Made by a program: the position numbers and the translations under genes
The notes under the pieces: model-generated
The model's input: only the letters and a program-made list of their open reading frames with translations
Told to the model about the DNA's origin: nothing
The model's database searches: none
In this document: positions 51,077-62,792 of the stretch, piece after piece
How the letters are laid out: the number at the start of each line of letters is the position of its first letter
Position numbering within the stretch: position 1 is the first letter of the stretch
Assembly: GCA_051294375.1 (NCBI GenBank)
Contig: CM119268.1
Coordinates: 430,415 to 494,414, forward strand
Direction of reading: 5' to 3'
Length of the DNA stretch: 64,000 nt
Source: Paraspadella gotoi
Taxonomy: Eukaryota; Animalia; Chaetognatha

Positions 51077-53090
51077 CTCTTTCAAGATTTTATTCCATCA
51101 AGAAGCATAATTTTAATTTGCTTCAAAGTGTTTCTATATTAGAACAAAAATTATATGAATCTTTTCTTGTTTTTTAAATGTACAACTTTCATGTTTAATT
51201 TATTACATTCATTGTTTAATAATCTTTATTTATTCCTCTTTCGGAAATAAAAACGTCCTTTCAACATTGTTTTGGAGAAATTCAATATTTTTTTATTACA
51301 ATGTTTTTATTTATCATTTATCATTATCAAGATTAATGTTGCTAACAGAGCACAGAATATAAGAACTATTATGTTTTCACCAAAAGCTTTTTTCTAACCA
51401 ACAGGATTCGCCTTTTAAATGTATTTCAAAATCACGCGAAAAATAAATTAATTAATAATGTAATTTAATAAAATAATTTAACCTTTAACGTTTTGATCCA
51501 GTTACGATGACGTTACAAAAATATTACAAAAAAATTACCAATAACATTTGTGCCGCTTTCGCGAGAAATGTTTGATATATAACCGATAGAAAATAAAATT
51601 ACATTTAAAGTTAAAATGATGTGAAAAATAAACTTACCAAATCACTCATTGTTAATTATGATATTTTGATACGAAATTAAAGTAATTAAAAAACTGTTAA
51701 GTTAGGTTTTATTTCATAAGATGGGCCATGGGTCGCGGTTAAATTCTTATTCCATTTCCCTTTTGTTCGAGCGCCCTCTCTCGGCATTTTTATTTTCCCC
51801 ATCTTTTGTTTTTCTTAACGTGAAACTTCTTCATATTTATTATAATTGTGCCGTTGATAACCTTAATATCATTTGTTATAAAAAGATAAAAAAAATTGAT
51901 ATTAAGTTTGTGACGTCGAGTTGATTTTAATTGTTAAAAAAATCATGATGACAAACAAAAAAAAAGTTGTTTTTTATTAAAATTTTATTAAATTAAAATG
52001 TAGGTATTAAGAATAGAAAATTAGATAGTTTAGTATTTTTAGTTTATCTATAGTTAATGCAGGGCAATATTTCTGAAACTTTAATAGTACATACATAATT
52101 CGACCATGTTGATCAAAGTTTTTACTATATCTATATTATGCGACAATTGAAACATTTTTTGAAATATTATACCAATAAGTTGCGAGGTACTCTGGGAGTG
52201 AATAAACGAGGCTGTGAGATATTCTTTATCGAAAGCTTGCAAGGTCCTGTTATGTTACAATCTTGTAAGGGGAATGGAGTATTAAACAACCATAGTTTGT
52301 CCGTAGGAGGGAAGAATTATTGGTCCTACCGTTGTATTAATTTTATTATCCGATATTAACTAACATTCTTTTTTTCATATTCTCAAAAATCTATTATCTC
52401 AAAATCCCCTTAATGCTTCATTGGTTCTCCGAATGTAGTGGGGATTGCTAGGTTTACCTCACAATAAATTATTGTTCTATGGCAAGGGGGAGACATGTGT
52501 GATGCCCGAGGTGTGAGGCATCTCCCGACAGCTGGCGCTCAAGACTTTGGACCCGCAGTGACAACCCCATGTCAATGGCGTGTTTATGCCGACACCAGCG
52601 TCACCGGGAGGCGAATTGAGGATTCGCCAGGGTTCCCTTATTACTGCACACGACTACAAGGTTCGTGGTTCGATCCCAACCCGGACCCAGCGTGAAAACG
52701 GCGGTGAGACACCGAGTTGTCAAGCCGATTCCCCCTTCAGCCCGATTCAAAGCCTTGGACCCGTTAGTTAGGGATAGTATTCTTCTGCCTAAATATTCAC
52801 ACAATGTCATGTTTAAACAACGCCTACGCATGCTATCTTAATACAATGATTAATTCCGTGAGCCAGTGCAATGTATTCAATAGTTTTATTTTTTACCCAA
52901 TTAATAGTTTTTTTTGTTCAGGGAAGTCGATCCTTTTCCGAGATTTAATGTAAAAGTACAACCGATAATTTTATGCTAAAGAAGAATTTGAACAAAAAAT
53001 CTTTAAAATTTGAATCTACGCATTTTGTTGTTTTTATTTTTTTGAAATTTTTTAAATTTATTTATTTATTTATTTATCTATTTTTTAAAG

Positions 53091-53163
53091 GGAGAATATA
53101 TTTCAACGGATGTTTTTCAAAGGACCGAATTTTCTCTGAAGAGATGGCGTCAGTTGGCAGGCA

Positions 53164-53200
<37 letters not shown>

Positions 53201-54471
53201 NNNNNNNNNNNNNNNNNNNNNNNNNNNNNNNNNNNNNNNNNNNNNNNNNNNNNNNNNNNNNNNNNNNNNNNNNNNNNNNNNNNNNNNNNNNNNNNNNNNN
53301 NNNNNNNNNNNNNNNNNNNNNNNNNNNNNNNNNNNNNNNNNNNNNNNNNNNNNNNNNNNNNNNNNNNNNNNNNNNNNNNNNNNNNNNNNNNNNNNNNNNN
53401 NNNNNNNNNNNNNNNNNNNNNNNNNNNNNNNNNNNNGTCGATTGCAGAAACAACATCAACGAAAACGACGACAACGCCAACAACGCCAACAACAACGCCA
53501 TCTACGACTCCAGAAACCGNNNNNNNNNNNNNNNNNNNNNNNNNNNNNNNNNNNNNNNNNNNGAGAGCGAGACAGAGACAGAGACCGAGACCCAACCCTT
53601 TTCCCTTCAGGCGGCCCAAGCTGGAATGATCTGCCAAGTAGTCGGCAACGGAGGGCCCTTTGTACGAGAATCTCTAAAGAGCCGAGGTTGGGTGGAAAAA
53701 ATCGATACACCTGTCTTTTGGGAGGATGCCAGGCGACAGGTGAAAAGTTGTTGTGGACAGGTGTGGTGAAATTAGACTGTAGTTAGGTGGCTGGGTTCGG
53801 TTGTCTATTTGTCCTAAAACTACCTCACATTTTTTACCAATTATAAACTGAGTCCCTTACAATCCTGCACGCTTGGAGGAAGTCGACCACTCAATACCCT
53901 GATCTGCAAGACAGCAAGGGTCCCGAGAATTATTTAATATATCGGTAATCGGGCATTGCAATATGTTCACACCGCCTATAAGCAATATTAAGCATGTTAC
54001 CTTCGGTCGTGATCATAATCAGTAATACCATCAGCTCATGACCATTAGGTACCGGGATCGATTCCCTTCCAGGAAGCTTGAGGACGGTCTGGAAACCCCT
54101 CGAGCAAGGTTCCAAGACCTATTCCATTGATGCTTAGGGGCAACAGAAGAAGAGGACAGTAATCTTAAGTCTCGTTAGCGCCTTATCCACATATCGAATC
54201 AACCTCCTCACTGTCATGCTTCGGTTCTCTCCTTCAATTCTCCTCTCTCTCTCTCTCTCTCCTCTTCTCTCTTCTCTCTCTCTCTCTCTCTCTCCCGCCG
54301 CCTCCCCCAGGTCGATGCCTGCGGTGAAGTTGCTCGTGCTTCTTAAGTCATGTCATCTGTCTCTCTCTCTCCTCTCCTCTCTCTCTTTCTCTCTCTCTCT
54401 GCTCTCTCTCTCTCCCTCCCCAGGTCGATGCCTGCGTTGGAAGTCGCTTCTTTAAGTCTTGTCTCCGCCTC

Positions 54472-54509
<38 letters not shown>

Positions 54510-54641
54510 CCAGGTTTCGATTGCCTGCTGTGGAAGTCGCTTCTTTAAGCTCATTTTGTCTCCTCCCTCTCTCTCTCTCTCCCTCTTCTCTCTCTCTCTC
54601 TCTCTTTCTCTCTCACTCTCTCTCTCTCTCTCTTTCTCTCT

Positions 54642-54696
<55 letters not shown>

Positions 54697-55068
54697 CCCC
54701 AGCGTCGATGCCTGCGTGGAAGTTGCTTCTTTCTACAAAACTCAACGACGAAGGAAAACACTCCTTGTCACGTGACCCCGTCTTGGAATTCACTTGGGCG
54801 CGGATTTCGTGAGTCACGAGTCGTTTTATCAGGTGAGAGAAGTTGATAGAGAGAGGGGGGTAGGGGGGTGCGACCTGGAAGGAAAGATTTTTAAAGGATA
54901 TTAAGAGAGGAGATAACCTAACGAAAAATCCTTCAAGTGCTCGGGGTATTTTACATGTTTAAAATACCAATAAACTGTCAATTGAAAACGTATTTTTTTA
55001 TATTTTGAATAGTTTTAATTTTTTATAGTTAAATGTTTGATTTTTATGTGCCTAAAGCCCGAAGTGAG

Positions 55069-55129
<61 letters not shown>

Positions 55130-58100
55130 CAGCACCAGCTGTCCCTCATTCGCCGCCTATACCGCTCTGAGCTCTCTGGAATTGCCAACGCGCTCAGACC
55201 TATTGTCCCTGGTTTTTTCTGGACTTCTGGTCGAACTGAATCCATGTTTACGCTTTTAAATTCCAGGCAAGAAGTGTCAATTATACTGTTTGGGGGGTTT
55301 TTTCCAAGAGTGTCACATTTATATTCCTGTACTACTGAATTTTTTTTTTAACTTTAATAATAAACCTAAACTTAAATCTATAACCTAATCCCTAAAATTA
55401 TTTCCTTACCTAATCTTAGACCCAAATATCTAACCCTAATTACTAACAAATCGCTAATCATGATAATTAATCTAATTTAATCCAACGCAACCCCATATTT
55501 ATTATGAAATGAGGCGTTTTTGGAAAACATGGCCATATATTCAACATACATACGTATAAACTTATGTTTTTTCTACTATTTAAATTTTTTCCTTCTTCTA
55601 AAATCTCAAAGGCCCGACATCTTCTGGAACCATTATGGTTCCAGCGGGGGATCCTTCTGCACCAAAGGGGGACTCTGCGACATCATGAACGAGATCCATT
55701 GGACGCTCGACTTGGACCAGCGAGACATCTTCCCTAGAGCATTTCAGCTTAGCAGACCTGAAGACGTTCTCGATTTTGTTGTAGACTTTAAGGTGTATTG
55801 TAGGGTAGTCAAAGAGAGCCCCTGCACAAACATTTTTGTATGGCCTCAGCCCCACCATAAGACAGTAAACGTTTATTAGTTGCGCCGCGAGTACTCGCGG
55901 TGTAACTCTATAAGTAACTTTTCGGTCGGTCTGTCGGTCGGTATGTCTGTCCTTTCGGTCTGTCCGACTTACCTTAAAAATGCTGATAACTCGCCTATAG
56001 TTAGTTGTTCATTTGTTAAGAGTGGAAAAAACATCAAATCTAAGTGACTGCTAGCGCCGCCTTCAGGAAAAAATAAAGAATAATAGACAGAATTCCGATA
56101 CAGTACGTGTCATAAATACACAAGCTTAGAAAGTTATTGTTGTCATGTACTAGTCATGTCATGTCACATCATTTCATGTCATGTCACGAGAAATACACGT
56201 GAATATAAAGTCAAATAAAATAAACATGACTGGGCGTTTTTTGTGCGTCAGGGACATTTTGTTAATCATATTACTGCCCTTTTCCGATAGATCTTGTAAA
56301 AATCTTAATCCGGTTAGAAATGGCAAGGTTTTTTTTGGTTTGTATCATTCACTATTGTAGGTACTATATCAGTCTCATGTCCCCGTCAGGAGCATGGACC
56401 CTCAAATCTGTAGAGTGTCTTCTTCTTGATTAAGTGAGTCCGCTTTTTCTTCTTTTTCTCTTTAAAGGTGACGGCCTGTTTGAATCTCCTCAAGTTGGTC
56501 GCGGAGATGCAGACAAGCGAAGACGATGAAGGAAAAGAATACGGATTGAGCGAAGATTTGAGAAAGAGTGAGGAAGTCATGCAGACAGGAAATGAGGATG
56601 GTGGAGGAGAGAGGAAGAAGGAGAGGGAAGAGAGAGAGGAAAGGAGAAAAGAAGGGGGAGGAGAGATGGAGAAAGAGAGGAAGGATGGGGAGGAAAGGAG
56701 GAAAGAAGAGGGAGGAGAGATGGAGAAGGAGAGGGAGGAAAGGAGGAAAGAAGAGGAAGGAGAGATGGAGAGAGAGAGGAATGAAGGGGAGGAAAGGAGG
56801 AAAGAAGAGGAAGGAGAGATGGAGGAGAGGGAAGAGAGGGAGGAAAGGAGGAAAGAAGGGGGAGGAAAGGAGGTCGGACTGACTACAGAAGAGGAGGAGT
56901 TGGGGCAAGAAGATTTTTTGATGGAGTTTGAGCCGGCGGATCAGGGTGAGGAAGAGGAGGAAGAGAGAAAAGAATACAATGATGGTGAAGCCGATGCCCT
57001 TGCTGTTGATACTAATGTTGTGGAAAGCCAGAGCGAGGCTGATGTAGCTGGAGACGTTGGCGGCGCTAATGTTTTCTTCGATGCAAACGACAACAACTCG
57101 AACAATAAGAGCATTGTTCGCTTTCCAATTAAGTTACATTCAAGGTTCGATCTTTTATTTTAGGTTTTGCTTTTTAACTGCTTAGAGATAAAAATAGCAT
57201 TGCAATCATTAAATATATTAAAACCATTAAAATATTATTAAATAAGTAATAATGAGCTCTGATTAATGAATTAATTATATCTTTATTAATTCCTCGTTTA
57301 CAATTTATCCAAGAGAACCCCACACGGCGGCAAACGGACTTGCGGTCATTCTTGCCTCTCGCCATCAACAGCAAGAGAAACAGATCAGTCGTCTCTTCAG
57401 CCATTCAAAGAAATGTCCGATCATTTCTCAGAAATGTCCGATCATTTCTCAGAAAAGCCAAAGAATTTCTCGGAAATCTGGAGGAATATCGCGGATGAAA
57501 TCGCCCGAGCGCCAGGTGGAAGCAAAAAGAGAAAATGGAAGAGGAAAAGAAATCAAGAAGAAGAAAATAGAAGAAAAGAAAAGGGAAGTCCGATCGGTAA
57601 CGGTTGAAACAAAAAGGACCGCAGCGCCGTTGAGGTTAGACGACAGTTGGCTTGATTTTCGTAAAAGATTGAGAGATAAGTTTGACATCTGAATCAAATA
57701 AAGAAAGGGATTTAATGAATTAATAAAACAATGACATAATTATTTATTAATCACCTAATCCAATAGTCAATCAAAAAATTGAATGACCAATGCAATGCGA
57801 ATCAATATTACAGGGACTCCTCAGATGGAAATTCTGGTGACTTAAATGACGTTCACTCTGCCAATATCTTCAAAGTCGCTGAAATCACCAAAGTTGGTGA
57901 TAAAGATTCTAGCAAACAACAACAACAACAACAATATCAGCAGGAGCTCCAGCAGCAAGAAGACGAAACGAATAGGATATTTTCTGAAGCGCGTGTTTCT
58001 CAAGAAGAATCCTTTTCCCGCCAAGATTCTGTCAAGGAAGATAATCCGTCCAAATCTGCCATTTTTGAAAATTACACCGACATCAAGGAAACTTTTGACA

Positions 58101-61100
58101 GTGAGAGCAACAAAGCTGGTCTAACTAGTTGTGAACCTAAATCAAACGATTTAAAGAGACCTGATGCAAAACGCTTGAAAACTCGGGATTTTGATTTGAA
58201 CTATGTAAGTCACTTGGCGGAAAAATTGGGTTCAGATTTTACTTCCATGTCTGTACTGGATGAGCAAGATGACCACACTTACAATCTTCCTGCCTGGTAT
58301 TTTTTTTTTAAACTCCAGAGTAAAAGAAAATGAAGTTGAAAAAAACATTTATCTTTATTTCAGCGAACCTCGTCGTGGCTTGTCCAGCTTGAAAAACTCC
58401 CAAGCTGTCCCAGAATCTCAAAATGTTTCAAACGAAAGTCAAATAGTTTTTGATGCCAAACCTAAAAAGAATGGAATCACGAAAGCTGCCTTCAATTACA
58501 CCGACACCTTTATCACAAAGATTCACAATGAAGATCTTTTTAGATTCACAAATCCCAACAGTCATGATTTTCTTTTTGAATGTCATCATAAATCAGGTGG
58601 GAACAACAGACTAGTCAGGTCTCACCTCGATTTTTCCTCTGTTCCCGCGGAATTCAAAACCATTGCAATGCAAGATCCCAGATGCTTCCTGCAAAACCTA
58701 ATTGATGATGTTATTGCAGAAGGAAGAGAGAAAGAGGAAACCTCCAATCGCTCGGCCCAAAGTTTTATGTCGCATCCGAATCAATATTTTCCGTCAGAAC
58801 AAACTCAAAATATTTCGTTACAACTAAATAAAAATCTTTCTCCTCAACTAAACCAAAATGAGACTATTGATCAACTGATGATAAAAAGAAGAAAAATGAC
58901 AAGAGCTTCTTTCGGGACCCCATATCCGGGACATTTGTCCCAGCGAATTGTGGAGCTGGCCCTCATCCAGTTGGAAGCCGTTTTGTCTCATTGCAATCAC
59001 GAGGACATTGATAACGATCCAACAATGACAGATGTTACATGTAAGAACATTTAGCCAGAAAACAAAATTGTAATGTTAATCCATGTTTAATTTTTTTAGG
59101 TGCAATTGCTGACCACGCTTGGCCTCGAATGCTTAGATACATTGAGGAAAGTTATATAACTTTTACTGATTATCATAATCGAGCATCTTTTAATCTAAAA
59201 TAATCTAAAATTCAGCTCCTTTTATTTTGATGCTAGTACGGAGTACAATATAGTATTCCCCGATCTAATACTTAAGGGAGTGTTCTTTTTATACAATTGA
59301 AGCATTATACCACTTCATTGATAGGGAAGCCAGTTACTTTGGGAGTGATTAAACGAGACTGTGAGAGAGTCTTGATTGAAAGCTTGCAGGGACCTGCTAT
59401 GTCATTATCTTGTAAGAGTGATGGAGGCCTTAAACCACCAAAACCTGTCCAAAGTTAGGGGCAAGTTAGCTTATTTATTAAATGAATGGATAATTTTTTA
59501 ATTGTTTGCACCAATTTCACCAATTTCATAAATAAAACCTTTATGTTTAGGAAATTACTTCTGGTACACGAACACTTGACCTGCCTTCCCAAATGATCAT
59601 TAAGAGCCGCACAATGATGCAGGAGTTGATACCTCTAATGAAGCAGCATCATATTGATGGCGACAAAAACATGTGGATTATTAAGCCACCCAACTCTTGT
59701 CAAGGAAGAGGGATTATCATTTCTAAGGTAAAAACCAGCAAGCATCTAGAATATCTATTAAGGTGTAGTAAAATTTCTAAATTTAACTTTAATTAAAATT
59801 CTAAAAGTGAGGAACGAACAACATTATATTAATGAACATTTATGTAATAAAAAAAATTTTAATAAATTTTACAATTTACACAGTAGGCCATATTTATACT
59901 AGTACTAAACCAATAAATGTTAAAATTTCAAAACAGTTTTTTCTAAGATTTTTTTGCAGATTTGGATTCGTCAGAAAAAGTTGATAGAAAAAAATATAAC
60001 TCTTTTTTAAAAATTCTTTCATTAAGTGAGTCAAAAATTAGAAAGAGCTATATTTTAAGCTGAAAATTAACTTTTTAGATATTAAAAATAGTTTTTTTAA
60101 TTTTTAACCCACTTAATGAAGGAATTTTTAAAAATGATTTATATTTTCTTTTATCAACTTTTGACGAGGTATTCAAATCTGCAATCAAAATTAAAAAAAG
60201 CTTATTTTAAATTTTTTTGATTTCATAAGGAGAGTACTATTTATAAATATAGCCTACTGCAAAAATTAAAAAACATAAAATTAATTTTTTTTACAAATTA
60301 ATGTTCACTGATGGTATGTTGTTCATAATTGACTTTTAGAATTTTCGTATGTAACTTTCACTACGCCTTAATATCTATATGTATAAAACAATAGTAAAAG
60401 ACATTTTAATACTAACAGTAAACAATAATGAATGTAAATAAACATTAACGACGAAATAAACATTAATAAGGTAATGTTGAATCCTTTGTAAATGAGGAAG
60501 AATAATATTGGAAGTTTAAATAAACAAATTGTGTTGCGGATTGGTTATCCGCACACCGTTTGGACTTCAGCGTTGAAGCAGTCAGGTTCAAACCCTACTC
60601 TTGTACACCTAATTCTGGAAAGAATAAGTTTTAAAGTAAAATTTGAACTGTTACTATGCTTTTCAATAATAAATTCTGTGCTTTACAAATGTAAAAAATA
60701 GAGCTACATGACAATTTAAATGAGTTAAAAATAGATATATGCCACTTTAACTGAGTTTTTTCTTCCTTCAGAATTTGGCAGAAATTTTACGAATTGCAAA
60801 GTCTCGACCGGTCATCTGCCAAAAATACATTGAACGACCTCTCACAATTCTTGATACAAAGTTTGACATCAGACAATGGTAAGTAAAATTATCAAATTTA
60901 AGGTAGTGTTATAAAAATATTTGTTATTGTACAACGAGTCAAACAAAAATGATGTTATGGTTGGTATTCTGAGATGCTTTATTGCGATCACGGCCAAACA
61001 AATTAATTACATTTGCTAATAAAATTTCAACATCCCTAACAAAAACATGACCCATTAATCCAAGCTATAACTAAAGTTGTTTGAACAACCAAACAGGTTC

Positions 61101-62758
61101 CTCATAACTTCATGGAATCCGCTGATGCTCTGGTGGTATAACGACTGCTACATTCGCTTTTCTTCTCAAATATTCGATCTGCAAAATTTCAAGATTTCTA
61201 TCCATTTGACCAACAACGCTGTCCAGGTCCAGATCTGAAGGGTAGTTCAGGAGTAAACAATGCAATGCCGTAAAGATGCAATTGACTCACAATATCGACT
61301 TTAGCAGATATAGTAATTTGATTAATAATTTTATTCTAATTGGTTCTCTCATTCGAATTAAATACATTGCTCCTAATAGTGTTTTGATAGTGTTGAGGTT
61401 TAAAAAATTTATTTTTCTTTTTGGCTGAAGAAACATTTCAAAAATCAAAGGCAGAGATCCGCCCTTCTTCCTGAGGAGAACATGTGGGATTCTGAAACCT
61501 TTGCCGATTATTGCCAAGGTTGATTGAGGGATAATGATTAGTTGTTGATTTGTAGTCGGGAATTGCATAAGTTCACCCCGCCTATAAGCATAATACCTTC
61601 AATCGTGACCCGCCGGATCACTGACCCGGTGGCTCAAGTGAGTAAAGCCATCTTTCAGCTCATGAGCACTAGGTACCAGGTTCTATCCCTACGCGGTACT
61701 TACCCTGTGGGTATTTTGAGGACGGCCATAAACCGCTTTCGGGGGCGTGGAAAACCCGTAAGCCTTGTTCCAAGCCCAGGACCCGTTCCAAGGCTGCTAG
61801 AGGAAGTTAAAGAAGTTGCACATAGCACACTTCAGCCCACCTTGCGCCTTATCCACAGATTGAAGGATGTTGATTGGTTGTCGAAGACGATTGGGTATTA
61901 GTTGAAAATATTTTGACATCCGGGTTGTTTTTTGGGTTTTTTTTCATGTCTTTTCGTATTTAAAATAAATCTCATTTCGTTTTTGCAGCTCAAACTTTTG
62001 GCATTGACGTTTTCAGAACTGTCACTATTCCAAAAATGAAAGTAACTAACCTTTTGTTATTATGATCTTAATATGTCTTTAAAAATATTAAATATTGACC
62101 CCATTTTCAAGACTCAAATCACCGGAGTCATGAAATGCGCGACAGACTTCATGATTCACCGACATAATTCCTTTGAACTTTATGGCGCTGATTTTATGTT
62201 GGATGAAGAGTACCATCCATGGCTGCTTGAGGTTAGGTTTTCATAGGGTAAATGAGTAATTGATATATTAATGAATTAGTAAAACGTTGATTGATTCTAG
62301 AACAGCAACAACAGGGTTGCGCCTGCGATGCCCAGCTGCATGGGTCATCTGACCTGTTGGCGTTAGAGGATTCCGACCCTCAGAGGCGCAGTTGCCCTCG
62401 AACAGTCTAGTTTGCGCCAACGAAGAAGGAAGTCATTAGGACTGTAGACGGAACTTAATGTGTGGGATGGTGTCGTTTCCCCTATGAACCAATGGGATTG
62501 ACTGAATGAAGCAATTGCTCAAGAAATCATTAAGGAAATTGATCCAATAGAATCAGTGAATTTATCAAGCAATCTATCAAATATTACTTTTTCTGGCCAA
62601 TCTATCAATCAGATCAATGCTTGTCCCGCTCTGAGTGGATCCACGAGTGTTACCAAGCGGTTGTGTCGTTCGGTCATCGAAGACACGATGAAAGTTGTTT
62701 TGGATAAAAGATTGGATGACAAGGCAGAGACAGGAGGGTTTGAGTTGCTCTATGAGGT

Positions 62759-62792
<34 letters not shown>

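Noticed and set aside
52530-52622. HDV-like ribozyme (ggcgaa followed by ttgag pairing with ctcaa)
   Set aside because: No convincing P1/P3/L3 geometry could be built.
53144-53166. ATG at 53144 with a GC donor at 53161 as TTLL3 first exon
   Set aside because: The other frame (SLKRWRQLAGN) with the GT donor at 53166 joins the next exon in phase and fits the family better.
54773-54775. In-frame TGA in a TTLL3 exon (selenocysteine, readthrough or pseudogene)
   Set aside because: Removing three small insertions (c at 54703, one a in aaaactc, one cg in gcgcggat) gives an open VDACVEVASFYKLNDEGKHSLSRDPVLEFTWADFVSHESFYQ. The region shows insertion-type errors and the rest of the gene is intact.
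61626-61700. Functional tRNA gene
   Set aside because: Boxes are degenerate, no clean cloverleaf, and it is embedded in a multi-copy repeat.
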